From contig CACLBK010000001.1 of NCBI GenBank assembly GCA_902605135.1, forward strand, positions 38,583-102,582: DNA of 64,000 nucleotides, read 5' to 3'. Shown in pieces: positions 60,443 to 64,000 of the stretch. A program made the translations under genes and the position numbers. The stretch is from an uncultured Alphaproteobacteria bacterium (GTDB lineage Bacteria; Pseudomonadota; Alphaproteobacteria; HIMB59; GCA-002718135). Below the pieces are notes generated by a model, which did no database searches, was not told where the DNA came from, and saw nothing but the letters and a program-made list of their open reading frames with translations. Each line of letters begins with the position of its first letter. Position 1 is the stretch's first letter.

Positions 60443-61801
60443 ATGAGTATTACATTCAATCAGTTAAAAAAATTAATAACAAAAAAAGAAATAGATACTG
60501 TTTTAGTTTGTGTATCAGATATGCAAGGTAGACTAAATGGTAAAAGAGTTACTGGAAAAGCCTTTATCGATTATGTTTATAAAGAAACACATATGTGTGA
60601 CTATCTCTATACTGTTGATATGGACATGTTTACTGTACCTGGATACAAATCTTCTTCATGGGAAACTGGTTATGGAGATATGACTGTAATTCCAGACCTC
60701 AAAACCATAAAGATAGCCAATTGGTTAAATAAAACAGCCATAGTGCTATGTGATTGTTTAGACCATTCTGGAAAAAAACCACTTATTCATTCAACAAGAC
60801 AAATATTAAAAGATGTTTTAGCTAAGGCCGACAAAATGGGATTTAAGTCTATGGTTGGTTCAGAATTAGAATTTTTTCTTTTCAATCAAACTTATGAAGA
60901 AATTCATAATAATAATTATACAAAATTTAAAGAATCTTCTTGGTATATTGAAGATTACATGATTTTCCAAACTACTAAAGAAGAAGATGTGATGCAGGAA
61001 TTAAGAAATTCCCTTCTAGATAGTGGAATTTACGTAGAATGTTCAAAAGGTGAGGCTGCTCCAGGGCAAGAAGAAATCAATGTTGTTTTTTCAGATGCAT
61101 TAAACATGGCTGATAATCATATTTTAATTAAAAATGCTACAAAAGAAATTGCTTATAAACATAACAAGGCTGTAACCTTTATGGCTAAATATAATAAAGA
61201 AGTTTGTGGAAGCTCATGTCATATTCATAACTCTTTATTTGATAAGAAAACAAATAAAAATATTTTCTATAACCCTAAGGACAAATATGGAATGTCTGAT
61301 ATTTTTAAAAGTTATCTTGCAGGACAAATAAAATTATTACCAGATATTTCTATTTTTTTAGCACCAAATATTAATTCCTATAAAAGATTCCAAGATGGAT
61401 CATTTGCTCCTACAAAGTCTGTTTGGGGAATTGATAATCGTACTGCTGGGTTTAGACTAGCTGGTCATGAATCATCTATAAGGATTGAATGTCGAGTCCC
61501 AGGTGCAGATGTTAATCCCTATCTTTCTTTTGCCGCTTTAGTTGGTGCTGGTTTATATGGAATTAAAAATAAACTTAAATTAGATAAGCCTTATTCAGGA
61601 AATATTTATGAGAAAAAAGTAAATGAAGTTCCTAAAACTCTTAATGAAGCAATTCAACTTGCTAAAAAATCTAAATTTTTAAGTGAGATATTTCCACAAG
61701 ATGTACTAGATCATTATATCCATGCCGCTGAATGGGAGCAAAAAGATTATGATGGTTCAGTTAATGATTGGCAATTACGAAGATACTTCGAAAGAGGCTA
61801 A
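60443..61801 (+). CDS. Glutamine synthetase-family gamma-glutamyl-amine ligase (PuuA/GmaS/GlnA3-like)
   Basis: 452 aa with the GS catalytic blocks ELEFFLF, GSSCHIHNS, NSYKRF, DNRTAGFR and ECRVPGADVNPYL. Confidence 0.86.
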   Translation: MSITFNQLKKLITKKEIDTVLVCVSDMQGRLNGKRVTGKAFIDYVYKETHMCDYLYTVDMDMFTVPGYKSSSWETGYGDMTVIPDLKTIKIANWLNKTAIVLCDCLDHSGKKPLIHSTRQILKDVLAKADKMGFKSMVGSELEFFLFNQTYEEIHNNNYTKFKESSWYIEDYMIFQTTKEEDVMQELRNSLLDSGIYVECSKGEAAPGQEEINVVFSDALNMADNHILIKNATKEIAYKHNKAVTFMAKYNKEVCGSSCHIHNSLFDKKTNKNIFYNPKDKYGMSDIFKSYLAGQIKLLPDISIFLAPNINSYKRFQDGSFAPTKSVWGIDNRTAGFRLAGHESSIRIECRVPGADVNPYLSFAALVGAGLYGIKNKLKLDKPYSGNIYEKKVNEVPKTLNEAIQLAKKSKFLSEIFPQDVLDHYIHAAEWEQKDYDGSVNDWQLRRYFERG

Positions 61802-61810
61802 TTTTATTTC

Positions 61811-63187
61811 ATGTTTGAGACTATCACTCCAATAGATAACTCTGTTTTACTTAAAAGAGATTATGCAACAGAAGAAGATATTGAAACAAGTCTCAGCAAT
61901 TCTTTTTCTGTTAGAAAACATTGGAAAAATATATCTCTAGAAGAAAGAAAAAAATCAGTTTTAAATTTTGTAGAAATATTTTTAAAGAACAAGAATGTTT
62001 CTAGTAATTTATGTAAACAAATAGGTAGGCCAATAGCGCAGTGCCCAGGTGAGATGCGAGGTTTTGAAGAAAGAGCTCGTTATATGATTGAAAATGCTGA
62101 AAGGGCATTATCAAGAGTAGTTTCAATCAAAAATGACGAATTTGATAATTACATAAAAAAAGAACCACTGGGAACTATATTTGTAATTGCTCCCTGGAAT
62201 TACCCTTTCAACACTTCTGTTAATTCGATTGTTCCAAGTTTACTTGCGGGTAATGCAGTTATATTAAAACATTCTTCTCAAACTCCACTTTGTGCTGAAG
62301 AATTATATGAGGCTGCTAAACAATCTTCATTACCAAAAGATATTTTTCAATATTTACATTTAAATCATGATCAAACATCAAGAATAATTTCCGATTCAAG
62401 AATTAATCATGTTTTATTTACAGGCTCTGTAAGTGGTGGAAAACAAATAAAGAAATCTATAGGCACTAGATTTATTGGAGCTGGTTTAGAGTTAGGCGGA
62501 AAAGATCCTGCTTATGTTAGGGCTGATTGTAATTTAAATCATGCTGTTGAAAATTTAGTTGATGGATCATACTTCAATTCTGGTCAATCGTGTTGTGGTA
62601 TTGAAAGAATTTATGTTGATAAAAAAATATACAATATATTTGTAGAAAAATTTAAAGATGTAACTGAGAAATATATTTTAGGAAATCCACTAGAGATGGA
62701 AACAAATTTAGGTCCAGTAGTAAAGCAATCTGCTGCAAATAATATTAGATCTGAAGTTAACAACGCAATTAGTCAAGGTGGAAAAAACATTATAGATAAC
62801 AAAAAATTTAATTTAGATGATGGTAATAATTGTTATGTAAGCCCAAGTGCACTCATCAATGTCGATCATTCGATGAAATATATGATGGAAGAAATATTTG
62901 GTCCTTCAGTTGGAATAATGAAAGTAGAAAATGAAAATGAAGCTTTATCGTTAATGAATGATAGTTCTTATGGATTAACAGCAAGTATTTGGACAAATGA
63001 TAAGTCTTTTGCAGAAAATTTTGGAAAAAATGTTGAAACAGGAACTTTTTTTATGAATAGATGTGATTATTTAGACCCTGGCTTAGCATGGACTGGTGTA
63101 AAAGATACTGGAGTTGGTGTTACCTTATCTGTCCTAGGATTTGATCATTTAACAAGAGCAAAAAGTTATCATATAAGAAATATTTAA
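61811..63187 (+). CDS. NAD(P)+ aldehyde dehydrogenase (short form)
   Basis: 458 aa with ELGGKDP and GQSCCGIER. Confidence 0.88.
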   Translation: MFETITPIDNSVLLKRDYATEEDIETSLSNSFSVRKHWKNISLEERKKSVLNFVEIFLKNKNVSSNLCKQIGRPIAQCPGEMRGFEERARYMIENAERALSRVVSIKNDEFDNYIKKEPLGTIFVIAPWNYPFNTSVNSIVPSLLAGNAVILKHSSQTPLCAEELYEAAKQSSLPKDIFQYLHLNHDQTSRIISDSRINHVLFTGSVSGGKQIKKSIGTRFIGAGLELGGKDPAYVRADCNLNHAVENLVDGSYFNSGQSCCGIERIYVDKKIYNIFVEKFKDVTEKYILGNPLEMETNLGPVVKQSAANNIRSEVNNAISQGGKNIIDNKKFNLDDGNNCYVSPSALINVDHSMKYMMEEIFGPSVGIMKVENENEALSLMNDSSYGLTASIWTNDKSFAENFGKNVETGTFFMNRCDYLDPGLAWTGVKDTGVGVTLSVLGFDHLTRAKSYHIRNI

Positions 63188-63191
63188 ATTT

Positions 63192-64000
63192 ATGAAAAAT
63201 ATAAATTGGAATTATCCTACTACAATCTGGTTTGGTGTTGATAGAATAATAGAAATACAAAAAGCTTGTGAAGAATTAAATATTCAAAAACCATTAATTG
63301 TTACTGATAATGGAATTTTAAAAACAAATATTATTAAAAAGTTAAATGATTGCTTAGATAAACACGCATTTATTTTTAGTGATGTTAAATCAAATCCTAC
63401 AGGTAAGAATGTCGAGGATGGTGTTAAAGTATTTAATGAAAATAAACATGATGGAGTAATAGCTGTTGGAGGAGGTTCAGGTATGGATACTGGAAAGGCA
63501 ATAGCATTCATGGCCAAGCAAAAAAGACCAATCTGGGATTTTGAAGATATTGGTGACTGGTGGACTAGAGCTAATGCAGATTCAATTTTTCCTATAATTG
63601 CTCTACCTACTACTGCTGGAACAGGTTCTGAAACTGGCAGAGCTTCAGTTTTTACTAATGAAAAAACACAAGAAAAAAAAATTATTTTCCATCCAAAAAT
63701 GCTTCCATCAATTGTTATCCTTGATCCAAATTTGACAATTCCACTCCCTGCAAATTTAACAGCCTTTACAGGAATGGATGCACTAGCTCATTGCTTAGAA
63801 GCATATTTGTCGAATATTTTCCATCCGTATTCTCAAGGTATTGCATTAGAGGGAATTAGATTAGTAAAAAATAATCTTGTTCTTGCATTTAATAATGGAT
63901 CAAATTTAGAAGCTAGATCGCATATGCTAGCATCTTCATCTATGGGCTCAATAGCTTTCCAAAAAGGTTTAGGTGCTATCCATTCTTTAAGTCATCCTGT
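63192..64000 (+). CDS. Iron-containing (group III) alcohol dehydrogenase, N-terminal ~269 aa (3' end outside window)
   Basis: Not in the ORF track because it has no stop in the window. My own translation reads MKNINWNYPTTIWFGVDRI...GGGSGMDTGKA...PTTAGTGSE...MDALAHCLE. Confidence 0.85.
   Translation, partial: MKNINWNYPTTIWFGVDRIIEIQKACEELNIQKPLIVTDNGILKTNIIKKLNDCLDKHAFIFSDVKSNPTGKNVEDGVKVFNENKHDGVIAVGGGSGMDTGKAIAFMAKQKRPIWDFEDIGDWWTRANADSIFPIIALPTTAGTGSETGRASVFTNEKTQEKKIIFHPKMLPSIVILDPNLTIPLPANLTAFTGMDALAHCLEAYLSNIFHPYSQGIALEGIRLVKNNLVLAFNNGSNLEARSHMLASSSMGSIAFQKGLGAIHSLSHP

Noticed and set aside
1-64000. CRISPR arrays, IS elements, long direct repeats, rRNA genes and prophage or defence genes.
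   Set aside because: Reading both strands, I recognised no repeat-spacer periodicity, transposase, integrase or nuclease-helicase defence-type ORFs. Apart from the two orphan ORFs at 44670-47020, every sizeable ORF is accounted for by housekeeping, transport or metabolic families.

Overview
This 64-kb window is very AT-rich by eye (not computed) and almost gap-free. The tiny or overlapping gene junctions and the Lys/Asn/Ile-rich proteins look like a streamlined marine alphaproteobacterium of the SAR11/Pelagibacterales type. That is inference from composition and gene order; no search was run. Bases 1-22062 form one co-directional housekeeping block: rpoB (partial) and rpoC, then rpsL-rpsG-fusA joined directly to the S10-spc-alpha ribosomal operons (27 r-protein genes, secY, adk, rpoA). 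No tuf, rpmD, rpmJ, infA or rpsD is present. Next come crcB, an RluA-family pseudouridine synthase, lipB(-), tRNA-Leu(GAG), mgtE, gshA-gshB, bioY and a ROK kinase. From 29.3 to 44.7 kb there is an organic-nitrogen/compatible-solute catabolic island. It holds a gabD/doeC-like ALDH, an AGAT-like amidinotransferase, an eutA/eutB/eutC-like triad, a long fold-II PLP enzyme, an M20 amidohydrolase, soxBDAG, and two M24 'pita-bread' hydrolases flanking soxBDAG. Bases 44.7-47.0 kb carry a two-gene minus-strand operon (554 aa + 238 aa) with no family I recognise, placed divergently from an atypical M19 dipeptidase-like gene. Bases 48-53.5 kb encode an EamA exporter and a PotA/D/B/C-like ABC importer; the importer has an internal terminator and a probable ATT start codon. 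Bases 53.5-64 kb form an oxidation cluster: a DadA-like FAD oxidoreductase, an LLM monooxygenase-DUF1185(AA_synth)-alpha/beta hydrolase-ALDH cassette, a convergent ALDH, a glutamine-synthetase-like ligase, another ALDH and an Fe-ADH (partial). I saw no transposase, integrase, CRISPR, rRNA or recognisable transcription-factor gene. The best candidates for undescribed biology are: (1) the orphan 554+238 aa operon with the atypical M19 gene; (2) the LLM-DUF1185-hydrolase-ALDH cassette; (3) the non-canonical eutABC/doeA-like island, which lacks doeB/doeD but carries M20, PLP-II, AGAT and sarcosine-oxidase genes.
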